Of a stretch of DNA of 64,000 nucleotides, positions 30,944 through 40,195 are shown one piece after another; the first letter of the stretch is position 1, and every line of letters begins with the position of its first letter. Below the pieces are notes generated by a model. The model worked only from the letters and a program-made list of their open reading frames with translations, searched no databases and was not told the origin of the DNA. The DNA lies in NCBI GenBank assembly GCA_963753345.1, contig CAVWBU010000027.1, forward strand, positions 224,001 through 288,000, written 5' to 3'. Origin of the DNA: an uncultured Fibrobacterota bacterium. GTDB lineage: Bacteria > Fibrobacterota > Chitinivibrionia > Chitinivibrionales > FEN-1185. A program made the translations under genes and the position numbers.

Positions 30944-31854
30944 CGGAAGCTCCGCGCCCGGTACGCTGCCAGGGTTTTCTTGATGCATTCCACAATCAGG
31001 CCGATACGCGGTCCGGGAATCGTCATGAAGTCGTCGCTTGGGCAGAACACAAGGCCGTTCTTCACCGCCGGGACTATGGTGAGGTTCTTCCAGTCTTCTT
31101 TCGCGGCGTCCGGTGCCAGGGCCGAGGCTGAACTCATGAGATCGATAACAATGTCCGGGGCAAGGCGGATGATTCCCTCTGCCGAGATAGAAGGGTACAC
31201 AAATGACGAATCGGAATACGCATTAGTTCCGCCGGCATATCGTATGAGGGAGTTGTAGAAGCTTTTTGGCCCCGCCGCATAGACCTTTGCTATCGCGCCA
31301 GCGCCCGGGTTGTCCCTGCCGATGCAGAGAAGAATGCGCGGACGGTTCTTTTCCGCCACGGTGTCGGACATCGCGGATCGAATTGCCGCTGCCATTGAAT
31401 CGGCCTCTCTTGTCCTGCCGAAAAGTGCGCCGATTATCCTGAACGATGCCAGAATCGCGTCGAGGTCCTCGTTGTCAACCACCTTCATGCCGATGCCGTT
31501 CTTCTGCAGGAATACGGAAAGGGACGAATGCTCCTTAAGCAAAAATACCATGTCCGGCTTCAGCGAAAGAATCATCTCGAAATTGGGGTCGGTGTACCCG
31601 CCGACGCGAGGGAGGTTCCTCACTTGCGGCGGATAGTTGCAGTATCGCGTGACCCCCACTACCCTGTCGCCCACCCCAAGCGCAAAAAGCGTTTCGGTGA
31701 TGCTCGGCGCAAAGGAGATAACGCGCTTCGGCGTTGCGGAAGAAGAGCGTTTTTCAAGACCTCGGCCGCATCCGCCTGCGATTGCAATCAGGATGATGCC
31801 AATGCCCGCCAGCAAGGTTTGCAGGATTCGAGAATCTCCCCTATTGAGATACAT
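30940..31854 (-). CDS. btuF: Cobalamin ABC substrate-binding lipoprotein (BtuF-like)
   Basis: RVISFAPSITETLFALG; VGVTRYCNYP; IPGPR. Confidence 0.88.
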   Translation of the reverse strand: MYLNRGDSRILQTLLAGIGIILIAIAGGCGRGLEKRSSSATPKRVISFAPSITETLFALGVGDRVVGVTRYCNYPPQVRNLPRVGGYTDPNFEMILSLKPDMVFLLKEHSSLSVFLQKNGIGMKVVDNEDLDAILASFRIIGALFGRTREADSMAAAIRSAMSDTVAEKNRPRILLCIGRDNPGAGAIAKVYAAGPKSFYNSLIRYAGGTNAYSDSSFVYPSISAEGIIRLAPDIVIDLMSSASALAPDAAKEDWKNLTIVPAVKNGLVFCPSDDFMTIPGPRIGLIVECIKKTLAAYRARSFR

Positions 31855-31879
31855 TCATCATCCTTGTGTCTGCGCAATC

Positions 31880-33001
31880 CTAGTTCGACGTTTGCAGCAA
31901 TGCCAAGGAATTTGGCGGCAATCCTACGTTCTTGGTTGTACCGATTTTCGTATCCGTCACTGGATCGATGACAACTATTCCTGGATTTGTATTGCTTCGG
32001 TCTCCCACATATACATAGGTGCCGTCAAATGCCATGTGCCCGCTGCATGGCGCGTCGATGCCGGCGATTTTAGCGCCCACTGTTTTTGCCTGGGGATTAA
32101 AGGAGTACAATGATGGTGCGAAGGTGGTCAGGTCCGAAATGACCGCGTATCCCTTTGTGTCGCTCACCACGATAATTGATGCTATGTCGCCTGAAAATGC
32201 CGATTCGGCAACCACCGACCCGGCATTCACCTCTGTCGCCAGATCGATTTGCTCGATACCTGCATCGCTCATGCCCCATATTCCCACGCTGGCGACATAG
32301 AGCTTTCCATTGAAAATGGACAACTCCTGCGGATTTTTGTATAGCAGATTGATGGCCTTTTCCACGCTGTCGTTTGTCGCATTGATCACGACGATTTTGC
32401 TCGTATCGGCCGCCTGAATATATCCACCGGCTGGCGCCTTGAGCCGCTGACAGGCAATATAAACCTTGCCGTTGTAATACAACTCTTTTCCCATGTACGG
32501 AAGAACGTCGGCACTGTCGGTTCCGGCATAGGTGTCAAAAGCGGACAGATCAATTGTTCTGCTTAGTCGTAACCCTGTTCGCGGATCAACAATGGCCACG
32601 TTGGAACTGGCGTACTGGGTGACATAGGCTTTTGTCGGGCTGACAAGAGCTATGTCCTGTATGTTGACGGCTGCGCCGATATTCTTTTCGTAGGCCACGG
32701 TTGATTCCGTAATAATTGATCCGTTGATTTTGAGCAGATTGTCTTTTCCGGAACGTTCAAGGACATAGATGGCCCCGTCATTCGTCCGTATATCATTGTC
32801 GGTCCAGATCGAAAGCAGGTTCTTGTAGGCAACGGTGTCCGAAATACTGTAGAGGCCCATGTTGCCCGCATCGTAGGCATACGACAAACTCACCGCTACA
32901 ATTGACTTGGCCGACGTGGTTTGCAATACCGGATTGCTCTTTGGAGAACAGCCGGCCAGGCAGATGAAGAGGACGCTTGATACTGCAAGAACCTTTTCCA
33001 T
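31880..33001 (-). CDS. Beta-propeller surface lipoprotein (BtuG/YncE-like)
   Basis: Lipobox LAGC; repeated blade motifs KAYVT, KVYIA, KLYVA, KGYAV; lies between the TonB receptor and ABC genes. Confidence 0.7.
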   Translation of the reverse strand: MEKVLAVSSVLFICLAGCSPKSNPVLQTTSAKSIVAVSLSYAYDAGNMGLYSISDTVAYKNLLSIWTDNDIRTNDGAIYVLERSGKDNLLKINGSIITESTVAYEKNIGAAVNIQDIALVSPTKAYVTQYASSNVAIVDPRTGLRLSRTIDLSAFDTYAGTDSADVLPYMGKELYYNGKVYIACQRLKAPAGGYIQAADTSKIVVINATNDSVEKAINLLYKNPQELSIFNGKLYVASVGIWGMSDAGIEQIDLATEVNAGSVVAESAFSGDIASIIVVSDTKGYAVISDLTTFAPSLYSFNPQAKTVGAKIAGIDAPCSGHMAFDGTYVYVGDRSNTNPGIVVIDPVTDTKIGTTKNVGLPPNSLALLQTSN

Positions 33002-33133
33002 TGAATATCTCCTTGCGTGAGGGTTGATTGTTCACGAGCGTCAGTATAAAATCGGTATTCTTGATGGGGCGTTAGCATACGAGTAAACGGGTCATGATAG
33101 ATTCTAAGGCATGACCTTGTGGCGTTACCTCCT

Positions 33134-35249
33134 TCAGAACTTGCATTTCAAGACGACATACTGAGAAAGGCCGGGCAGCGGCCTTTGAAAATCGTAATCC
33201 TTAACGTTAAGGTAATTTTCGATCCTGTAGGAAAGGTCGAAATGCTCCCCTATCGTACAACCGATGCTCGCATTCAATTGAGGCCTGGGTTGCTGTATGG
33301 GCGGCAGGTTGTCAAAGTTGGTAAAATAGCTGGAGACGAGTCGGGCCGAATGACCTGCATACCAATTCCTGTACATGAATTTGATGTTGAGATTATCCGT
33401 GAATCGCGGCTGCAGCGGTTCGTCCTTCCCATTCCATGATGAAAACGTGTCGGAATGCATAATATTTTCCATGTAGGTCATCGAATTGACGACCGACAAC
33501 CATGGAAACGGGCTCAGGGTGGCGTCGTTTTCCAGCCCCCACGCATTGACATCGGACACATTCGTCGGCGTAAACATGGTTGAATGCCCTATGTAAACTA
33601 TTTTGTCTTTTGTTGTGCTCGCGAATACAGCTCCGGATACGGCGATCCATGATTTAACAAAAGAGAACCCCAGGTCGCCTTCCAGCCGGGTCTCGGGACG
33701 GAGGGCCGGATTACTTGTTATATGCGCTCCTTCTGAATACTTTTCGGAAAATCCCGGACTTCGACTACTGTATTGAATACTCGCCAAAATGCCAAGACAA
33801 TCAAACGGCTGGTAACGTAATTCGGAAAAACCACCGGGAAACCCTTTCTTTGTTAACCCGCCCCCCGACACCGGGCCAACCAAAGTCATGCTGTCGTTTG
33901 TTGAATCAATCTCGTATCGGTAAAGACCGCAAAGTCGTGCCGTTACCTCCTTGCAAAAATAGACCTTAGCCTCCATCCCCACCTTCCCGGTAAGGCGGAA
34001 ATAATGCGGTTGTACTTGCCCCGCTGGCGACAGGAGATTGTCGTCGTCAAACCCGTCATAGCTCGCGTCAAGGATTCCCTTAAGGAGCAGATGATTTCCG
34101 ATGCCGTCTTGAAGTATGCCTTCCAATGATCCGTACGGTTGATTGAAATTGTGCAAGTCGGGCGTCGTGAGATAATATTTTTGGAACCTCCGGAATCCCT
34201 CATCCCGGGTTTGCCCTGCTGCCGTTACGGTCATGGAAATGTTTTGAGCAAGCGCCGCAGAATATGATTCCAGCAATGAAACTCTGCTTTCCCTCACCGT
34301 TCCGTCGTTGAGACCCGCCGTTGGGAAGTAATAGATGCCTTCATCCGTAATGAGCATCGAAAATTGCGAAGTAAGTTTGCTGCGGTTGTCAATCTTGAAC
34401 GTGTTTTCGTACATTGAAGACAATGTCGAAAAGAAGTTGTTATCCATGGTTTTCTGAGAATCATCGGTTGCCACGCTCGGCCCAAGCGTCACAACGCGGT
34501 CGGTATACGGATAATTATTGTCCGCCCACCCGTAATTTATGGAAAAGCGATGGGTCATCCGACCCGAAGTTTTGCTGACTATTGCATTGCCTTCGCGATA
34601 CCCGAATGAACCGACTTCCAGGGAGGCGGCCGTTGCATCGCCGGCGCCGTCCGAGGTGAGATTAATGACCCCTGCGGCATTGGCTCCGAAAATCTCAATG
34701 GGTGGGGTGGTTTTGTAAATGGTGATGCTTTGCAAGGCGGAAATCGGAATCTTTGAGATATCAACCGCATTCCCGGTTGAACCATTTAAGGGTATTCCGT
34801 CAAGATAGACCTGCACCTGACTCGGCGAGCTGCCCCGGATCGACACGTCTGAATAATGGCCGAAACCGCCTCTGTCGCAGATGAACACGCCGGAAACGGT
34901 TTCGAGCACCGATTGCAAGTCTACGTATTTGCCCGAAAAGTCCTTTGCATCCACGATCACTGTTGAAGGGGTATACTCCCTGATACTCTTGCCGGTAACA
35001 ACCATTTTGTCAATGACGACGCCGGAATCGGAAGTCCGTGCCGGTCTCGGGATACTGTGGCTTGGAATTGGAGGGCTTAGCATCTTTCGGCGGGGAATTT
35101 ATCGTGTTGGCGTCGGGATTTGAAATCGAACCCGGAGATTGTGCAGGCTGGGCAACACCAGTGCTATCCGTTCCCATGGTCAGCGAATCGGATTTCGCTT
35201 CCGCAAATACACAAGAGCACAAGCAAATCAACACGAATAGGATGCGCAC
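33134..35249 (-). CDS. btuB: TonB-dependent receptor (BtuB-like); one frameshift near 35040
   Basis: Signal peptide from GTG 35249 in one frame; TonB box MVVTG, plug SIRGS..VQVYLDGIP, NPALRPE and terminal Phe in ORF 33134-35083. Confidence 0.85.
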
Positions 35250-35308
35250 AGATCGGAATTCCTTGACCCCATCCCTCGGGGATCGTCGGTACAAACGCGA
35301 AAATGAAT

Positions 35309-35475
35309 GTTCAGGTAGGTCTCCTGGCTTCCCCAAAGATCATGCCGGCCTTCCCATTCCGCTTTCGGAACAGTGGCTGAGGCTACATTGCCCTTTGCTT
35401 TTCGCAACGGGCCGGGGTCACAGTGGCGGGTCCGCTCCCGATTTTAACGGGATTCCCTTGGCACCTGGACATGAG
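35309..35475 (-). promoter_or_regulatory. Cobalamin (B12) riboswitch
   Basis: Minus strand AGGTG..AAGGGAA.CCCG..AAATCGGG..CGG.CCCGCCACTGT..CCACTG..GGGAAGG..AGCCAGGAGACC directly upstream of the btuB-like gene. Confidence 0.95.
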
Positions 35476-35867
35476 AAAGAACTGCAATAGAATTTAATAA
35501 AGATTCGGTGAAGAGGCAAGGAAAAACAGCTGGAAATACCCGGTCAACGAGTCTTCCCCGTCATCAAAAGCCAATTATCTTGATTTCACCATCCAAATGA
35601 TGTTCAAAATCGGTTTCCCATCGGGTGGGATTGTTGCGGATATACCGCCGAATTTGGAACAACGATTTGTCGTCGCGGATGATGTGATCGTAATAATTGC
35701 GTTGCCATATTTTTTCAACCCCGCGTTGTCGGGCGACGTTGATTTGTTTCGTGGATTGGTATTTGAAATATGCAACGATGTTTCCCAACGTCGTGGTTTT
35801 CGTGGTTGGTTTTCCCGTGGTGGTTGCATTCGTGTCCGTTGCATTCGTATCCCCGATTGTTGCATTT

Positions 35868-36106
35868 GTAGGGGCGTGGTCATCACGCCCCATTTTATGG
35901 GCGCGGGTGTCGCGCCCCATATTTTGGTCGCCGCGCCCCGGGAATTCCGTCCGGGGAAATTCCATTGGGCGGGATAACCCCGCCGTTTCGGATTCAATCG
36001 CGCCGGATGATGGCATGATGGGGCGGGATAACCCAATGGGGCGCGATGACCGCGCATACGTGGGCCCGTCGGTTTTCAGAATGGGGCGCGATGACCGCGC
36101 CCCTAC
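35868..36106. repeat. GTAG-tagged REP doublet (REPIN-like) with internal partial copies, inside the RAYT ORF
   Basis: GTAGGGGCGTGGTCATCACGCCCCAT at 35868 and inverted ATGGGGCGCGATGACCGCGCCCCTAC at 36081-36106, with about five degenerate copies between. Confidence 0.85.
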
Positions 36107-36365
36107 GAATGTCGAATCCCGGATGACGATAATGCCGTGAATATGATTCGGCATGATGATGAATTCGTCCAACCGGATATGCGGATAATGCGCCGGCAAA
36201 TCGTTCCAACATTGACGAACAATAATCCCATAATCGTTTTCGACCATTGCGCCGCCAACAACGTCCCCGAATAATTTTTGTTTGCGATCCTGAATGCAAA
36301 CCGTGACAAAATACGCGCCGGGAAGGGAATAATCGTAGCCGGGCAGACGGATGGATTTGCGATTG

Positions 36366-36389
36366 CCTGCCCTGAGCGAGGTCGAAGGG
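36366..36389. repeat. 24-bp palindromic mini-element inserted in-frame in RAYT
   Basis: CCTGCCCTGAGCGAGGTCGAAGGG; its removal restores YHNRKSIRL. Confidence 0.8.
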
Positions 36390-36600
36390 TGATAACCGGT
36401 GTATTTGTTGAAGATGCCAGTGGACATTGTTCCGCCTTAAGCACTAGGATCAGGAAAAAGATAGTACTACGGATTGCCGAGCCCGTGCGGCGTGGGCGTG
36501 CCCGTGCAAGGCCGAACCTTCCGTTGCGCGCACGGTAGAAGCACCCGATTAATAAATTCTTGACGGAACATACCGACGATTGAGCCCACCTGCTGGCATC

Positions 36601-36988
36601 CCCCGTTCGTCTCGATACAGCCCGTGCTCCGCCCAGGCCACTCGACGAACGGTGTACCGTCCCGCCGGTCATCGAGTAGACGCTTTAGGGTCGTATCGAG
36701 ATGCCGGCCACCCCCGTTCGTCTCGATACAGCCCGTGCTCCGCCCGGGCCACTCGACGAACGGTGTACCGTCCCGCCGGTCATCGAGTAGACGCTTTAGG
36801 GTCGTATCGAGATGCCGGCCACCCCCGTTCGTCTCGATACAGCCCGTGCTCCGCCCAGGCCACTCGACGAACGGTGCACCGTCCCGCCGGTCATCGAGTA
36901 GACGCTTTAGGGTCGTATCGAGATGCCGGCCACCCCCGTTCGTCTCGATACAGCCCGTGCTCCGCCCGGGCCACTCGACGAACGGTTA
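36601..36988. repeat. Tandem array, 3.5 x 111 bp, of alternating-orientation hairpins (A-B-A-B-A-B-A)
   Basis: Near-identical units start at 36601, 36712, 36823 and 36934. Confidence 0.97.
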
Positions 36989-37276
36989 CCGCCCCGAGAA
37001 ATCCTTCTTCGCCAGCGAATGCAGCTCATTGTTCCGTTTTTCGATCAGCGCTTTCTTTTTCGCGTGGCTCCAGCCCTGTACCTGCTTCTCACGATAAAAT
37101 GCTTCATCGATTCTCGAATATTCTTCGTTGTACACCAACTTTACAGGGTGCTTCTTTCTCGTGTAATTGGCGCCAAGAAAATTATTGTGTTCCCAAATTC
37201 GTCTTTCGAGATTCTTCGTGCTGCCGGTGTAAAATGTGCCATCGGCACATTGAAGAATGTACATCCACCCTTTCAT
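36986..37276 (-). CDS. Small stand-alone GIY-YIG nuclease (YhbQ/UPF0213-like)
   Basis: WMYILQCADGTFYTGSTKNLERRIWEH..GANYT..EAFYREKQVQGWSHAKK; AAGGA RBS. Confidence 0.93.
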   Translation of the reverse strand: MKGWMYILQCADGTFYTGSTKNLERRIWEHNNFLGANYTRKKHPVKLVYNEEYSRIDEAFYREKQVQGWSHAKKKALIEKRNNELHSLAKKDFSGR

Positions 37277-37331
37277 ACCATTATCCTTCAAGCTGGATTA
37301 TTCAGGAATTACAGTTGCCGCCCGACGAGTG

Positions 37332-37443
37332 CCGCTCGCCTCGATACATTCCTCCGGAACACTCGGCGAGCGGTATTCGACGAACGAGCTACTTCCCCGC
37401 CGGTCATCGAGTAGACGCTTTAGCGTCGTATCGAGATGCCGGC
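37332..37443. repeat. A'+B hairpin pair upstream of the GIY-YIG gene
   Basis: CCGCTCGCCTCGATAC..ACTCGGCGAGCGG and GCCGGTCATCGAGTAG..GTATCGAGATGCCGGC. Confidence 0.9.
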
Positions 37444-38633
37444 ACCCGGCCCAAATCCAATTCGCCTGCAAACGCGCGCTGACTGAGGGAAGAATAGAGG
37501 TTTTCGAGGGAGGTGAGGCTTTGGGTGTAGAGGGATTTGAGGGATTCGAGTTTGAGGACGAGGGAGGAGAAATTTTTCTGGAGCGAGAGAGGGGGAATCG
37601 GAACAAATATTTTTTCCATTGCGTCTGTATCGAATTTCTTTGTTCCATGACCAGCCGTTGTGATTGCCGCAAGAATCTGACGATCCATATTGTCTACACA
37701 GTTCTTTAGATAATGTACTGTGACTTCCTTGACAGGAAGTATGGCCTTCATGTCCTGATTGATGGAAACGTCAACGGTGTTTATTGCAGTTGGAAAGGTA
37801 TGCGCCAAGATCATTCCGCGAACTACAATAAGCAAATGACCTGAACCTATCTTTTTGAGATTTGTTTCGTCAAATACTTTTTCAGAGAGGTAGTCTTGCG
37901 CCTTTGAAATATATGGTACCTTCATATCCTTTGGGCTAATCCAGGGAAACTTTCCAATCCAGAAATCATTTCGTTCTTTACTTGGTGTACCACCGCTGAT
38001 GAATGTGCCAACCTCATGCATTGGAAGTGTCTTCCACCCCTTCTCATTCCTCACCGGGTCCCCAAACATCTCCAGAAACGCGCTCTTCGCCAATTCATCC
38101 AGCGCCTTGATGCTCTCTTTGCGTTTGGCAATCAGCTTTTCCGCGCGGGTGAGAAGGGCGGCGATGCGGATTTGGTCGGCGAGCGATTCAGGAAGGGCAA
38201 TTCTTATTTGGGCCACATCCGAGGGATACAAATGGATGCCTTTTACCTTTGACTTTAGCCATTTCAGGCCTTGCGGTGATTTGATGAACTGGTTAACAAA
38301 ATCCTTATCCGCCTTTATTGGTCTAATTATCAACCATTCTCCTGTGGCAATCACACCGTCTATGGCTTCAGGTACTAGCGCGGTCTTGCTGCCAACGTAA
38401 GCAGAATTATGGGCAGCATTCAATACAATCGTATCACCTGTGCGCAATCTTTTGTTTTCAAATCTCCTATAGAAGTCTGCATCAACGAACGATTCAAACA
38501 AGCCCTTGAAATTACCATTCTCGTCAATGTCACGTATTTTTAAAATTGGAAGCCCCGAAGACCTTTGCTCGTTTTTTGAGGGCGTTTTGCCATTGAAAAC
38601 ATTTGCAACAGTGCTTAGGAGTTCCTTCTTCAT
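37404..38633 (-). CDS. hsdS: Type I R-M specificity subunit
   Basis: Two TRDs (GKTPSK, GGTPSK); conserved QIRIAALL..FLEMFGDP and PPLSLQ..AFAGEL. Confidence 0.95.
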   Translation of the reverse strand: MKKELLSTVANVFNGKTPSKNEQRSSGLPILKIRDIDENGNFKGLFESFVDADFYRRFENKRLRTGDTIVLNAAHNSAYVGSKTALVPEAIDGVIATGEWLIIRPIKADKDFVNQFIKSPQGLKWLKSKVKGIHLYPSDVAQIRIALPESLADQIRIAALLTRAEKLIAKRKESIKALDELAKSAFLEMFGDPVRNEKGWKTLPMHEVGTFISGGTPSKERNDFWIGKFPWISPKDMKVPYISKAQDYLSEKVFDETNLKKIGSGHLLIVVRGMILAHTFPTAINTVDVSINQDMKAILPVKEVTVHYLKNCVDNMDRQILAAITTAGHGTKKFDTDAMEKIFVPIPPLSLQKNFSSLVLKLESLKSLYTQSLTSLENLYSSLSQRAFAGELDLGRVPASRYDAKASTR

Positions 38634-40195
38634 CCCACCATCCCCTCCATCTCCCCCAGCTCCCCCGCAATCTCCTTCTCCATCTTCCTCAATTTTTCCA
38701 GAATCTTCCCCGGCTTCTCATACTCAACCTCTTCAAACACATCCTCTTTATATTTACTCATGCTCAAGTCATAGTTTTCCTTAACGACCTCGGCCTTGGG
38801 CACAAAGAAGAATTTCTCCTTCCTGTCGCTCTTCTTTTTCTGGTCCCGTTTCTTAAATTGCGTCACAATGTCCTGCAAATCTCCGTAGCCTTCCAGCTTT
38901 GTCCGTTTGTCGTCCAGGCTGTACCCGTCGCTTTGCATATCGTAGAACCAGATGTTCTCGGTTTCTCCGCCTTTGGTAAAGACCAGGATTGCGGTGCTTA
39001 CTCCTGCGTAGGGCTTGAACACGCCGCTGGGCATGGTAACGACCGCCTTGAGTTCGCATTTTTCAACGAGGATCTTTCGCGCTTCCACAAAGGCGTTGCC
39101 GCTGCCGAACAACACGCCCTGCGGGACAATAACGCCGGCCGTGCCGCCCATCTTGAGCAGGTTGTAAATGTTCTCCACAAAGAGCAGTTCCGTTTTGGTG
39201 GTCCCCAGCTTGAGCGACTCGTTGATGTCGCCTTTGTCTATGCTGCCCGTAAACGGCGGGTTGGCCATTACAATCTGGTACTTGTTCTGCTCGATAAACG
39301 TTTTGCTCAGGGTGTCTTTGTAGTCCACGTGCGGCGTGTCCACGCCGTGCATCATGAGGTTCATGAGGCCCAGGCGCACCATGGTCACGTCGAAATCGTA
39401 GCCGTTGAGGCCCGCGTTGAGGATGTCGCTCACCTTTTTGTTAAGGCGGCTGCTCACCGAGCTGCGGACAAACCCGTCTTCGTCGGGCCTGGGCTTCTTC
39501 TTGTCTTTGTCGAGCTGCGTCACAATGTACTGGTACGCGCCGAGCAAGAACCCGCCGGTGCCGCACGCCGGGTCGCAAATATGGTTCCCAAGCTGCGGGT
39601 CTACAAGCTCGGTAATAAGCTTGATGATATGACGCGGGGTCCTGAATTGCCCGTTCTTGCCAGCCGTGGCTATTTCGGAGAGCAGCATTTCGTACACGTC
39701 GCCCTGAATGTCCTGGAACGCGTGCCCGCCGGTCTTGGAATCTTTTTCGATCTCCGCGAATATCTCCTCAATGGTGGACATGGCCTCGACAAGCAGACTG
39801 GGCTTGGGAATGATAAAGACCGCGTTCGACATGTGATGGCTGAACGGCGATTCGTTGCCGTTGAGCGTTTTGAGGAACGGGAACACTTTGGTTTGCACAT
39901 GCGAAAGCATTTCTTCCGCCTGCATCCGCTTGAACCGGCTCCATCGAAGCGTCTTCTTGTCCACCTTCTGCTTTGTTCCGGGTATTGTAAACGTGCCGCT
40001 GAACCTGGAGACGTACTTCTCGCCGGTGAATTCGGCGTCCGATGTCCGCTTCAGGTCGAGGTCGTCGAGCCGCTTCATAAAGAGCAGATAGGTTATCTGC
40101 TCGATTGCGGTGAGCGGGTTGGCAATGCCGCCGCTCCAGAACTTGTCCCAGAGCTTGTCGATTTTGCTTTTGAGCGCGGAGTTGTTTTGAAGCAC
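38630..40195 (-). CDS. hsdM: Type I R-M DNA methyltransferase subunit
   Basis: GQFRTPRHII; DPACGTGGFL; NPPF; GTG start overlapping the upstream stop. Confidence 0.97.
   Translation of the reverse strand: MLQNNSALKSKIDKLWDKFWSGGIANPLTAIEQITYLLFMKRLDDLDLKRTSDAEFTGEKYVSRFSGTFTIPGTKQKVDKKTLRWSRFKRMQAEEMLSHVQTKVFPFLKTLNGNESPFSHHMSNAVFIIPKPSLLVEAMSTIEEIFAEIEKDSKTGGHAFQDIQGDVYEMLLSEIATAGKNGQFRTPRHIIKLITELVDPQLGNHICDPACGTGGFLLGAYQYIVTQLDKDKKKPRPDEDGFVRSSVSSRLNKKVSDILNAGLNGYDFDVTMVRLGLMNLMMHGVDTPHVDYKDTLSKTFIEQNKYQIVMANPPFTGSIDKGDINESLKLGTTKTELLFVENIYNLLKMGGTAGVIVPQGVLFGSGNAFVEARKILVEKCELKAVVTMPSGVFKPYAGVSTAILVFTKGGETENIWFYDMQSDGYSLDDKRTKLEGYGDLQDIVTQFKKRDQKKKSDRKEKFFFVPKAEVVKENYDLSMSKYKEDVFEEVEYEKPGKILEKLRKMEKEIAGELGEMEGMVG

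Larger units (their letters stand above)
35564..36427 (-). mobile_element. REP-associated tyrosine transposase (RAYT, HUH Y1 family)
   Basis: RKSIRLPGYDYS..YFVTVC; HUH motif MPNHIHGI; WQRNYYDHIIR..YIRNNP. Confidence 0.93.

Noticed and set aside
35010-35090. btuB pseudogene
   Set aside because: Single frameshift in an otherwise intact operon with no slippery run; probably a sequence error, unresolved without reads.
36601-36988. CRISPR array
   Set aside because: Units are near-identical along their whole length with no unique spacers, and no cas genes are present.
36580-37482. Plus-strand 300-aa and 157-aa repetitive ORFs
   Set aside because: By-products of the 111-bp (37-codon) repeat; they overlap the GIY-YIG gene on the opposite strand.
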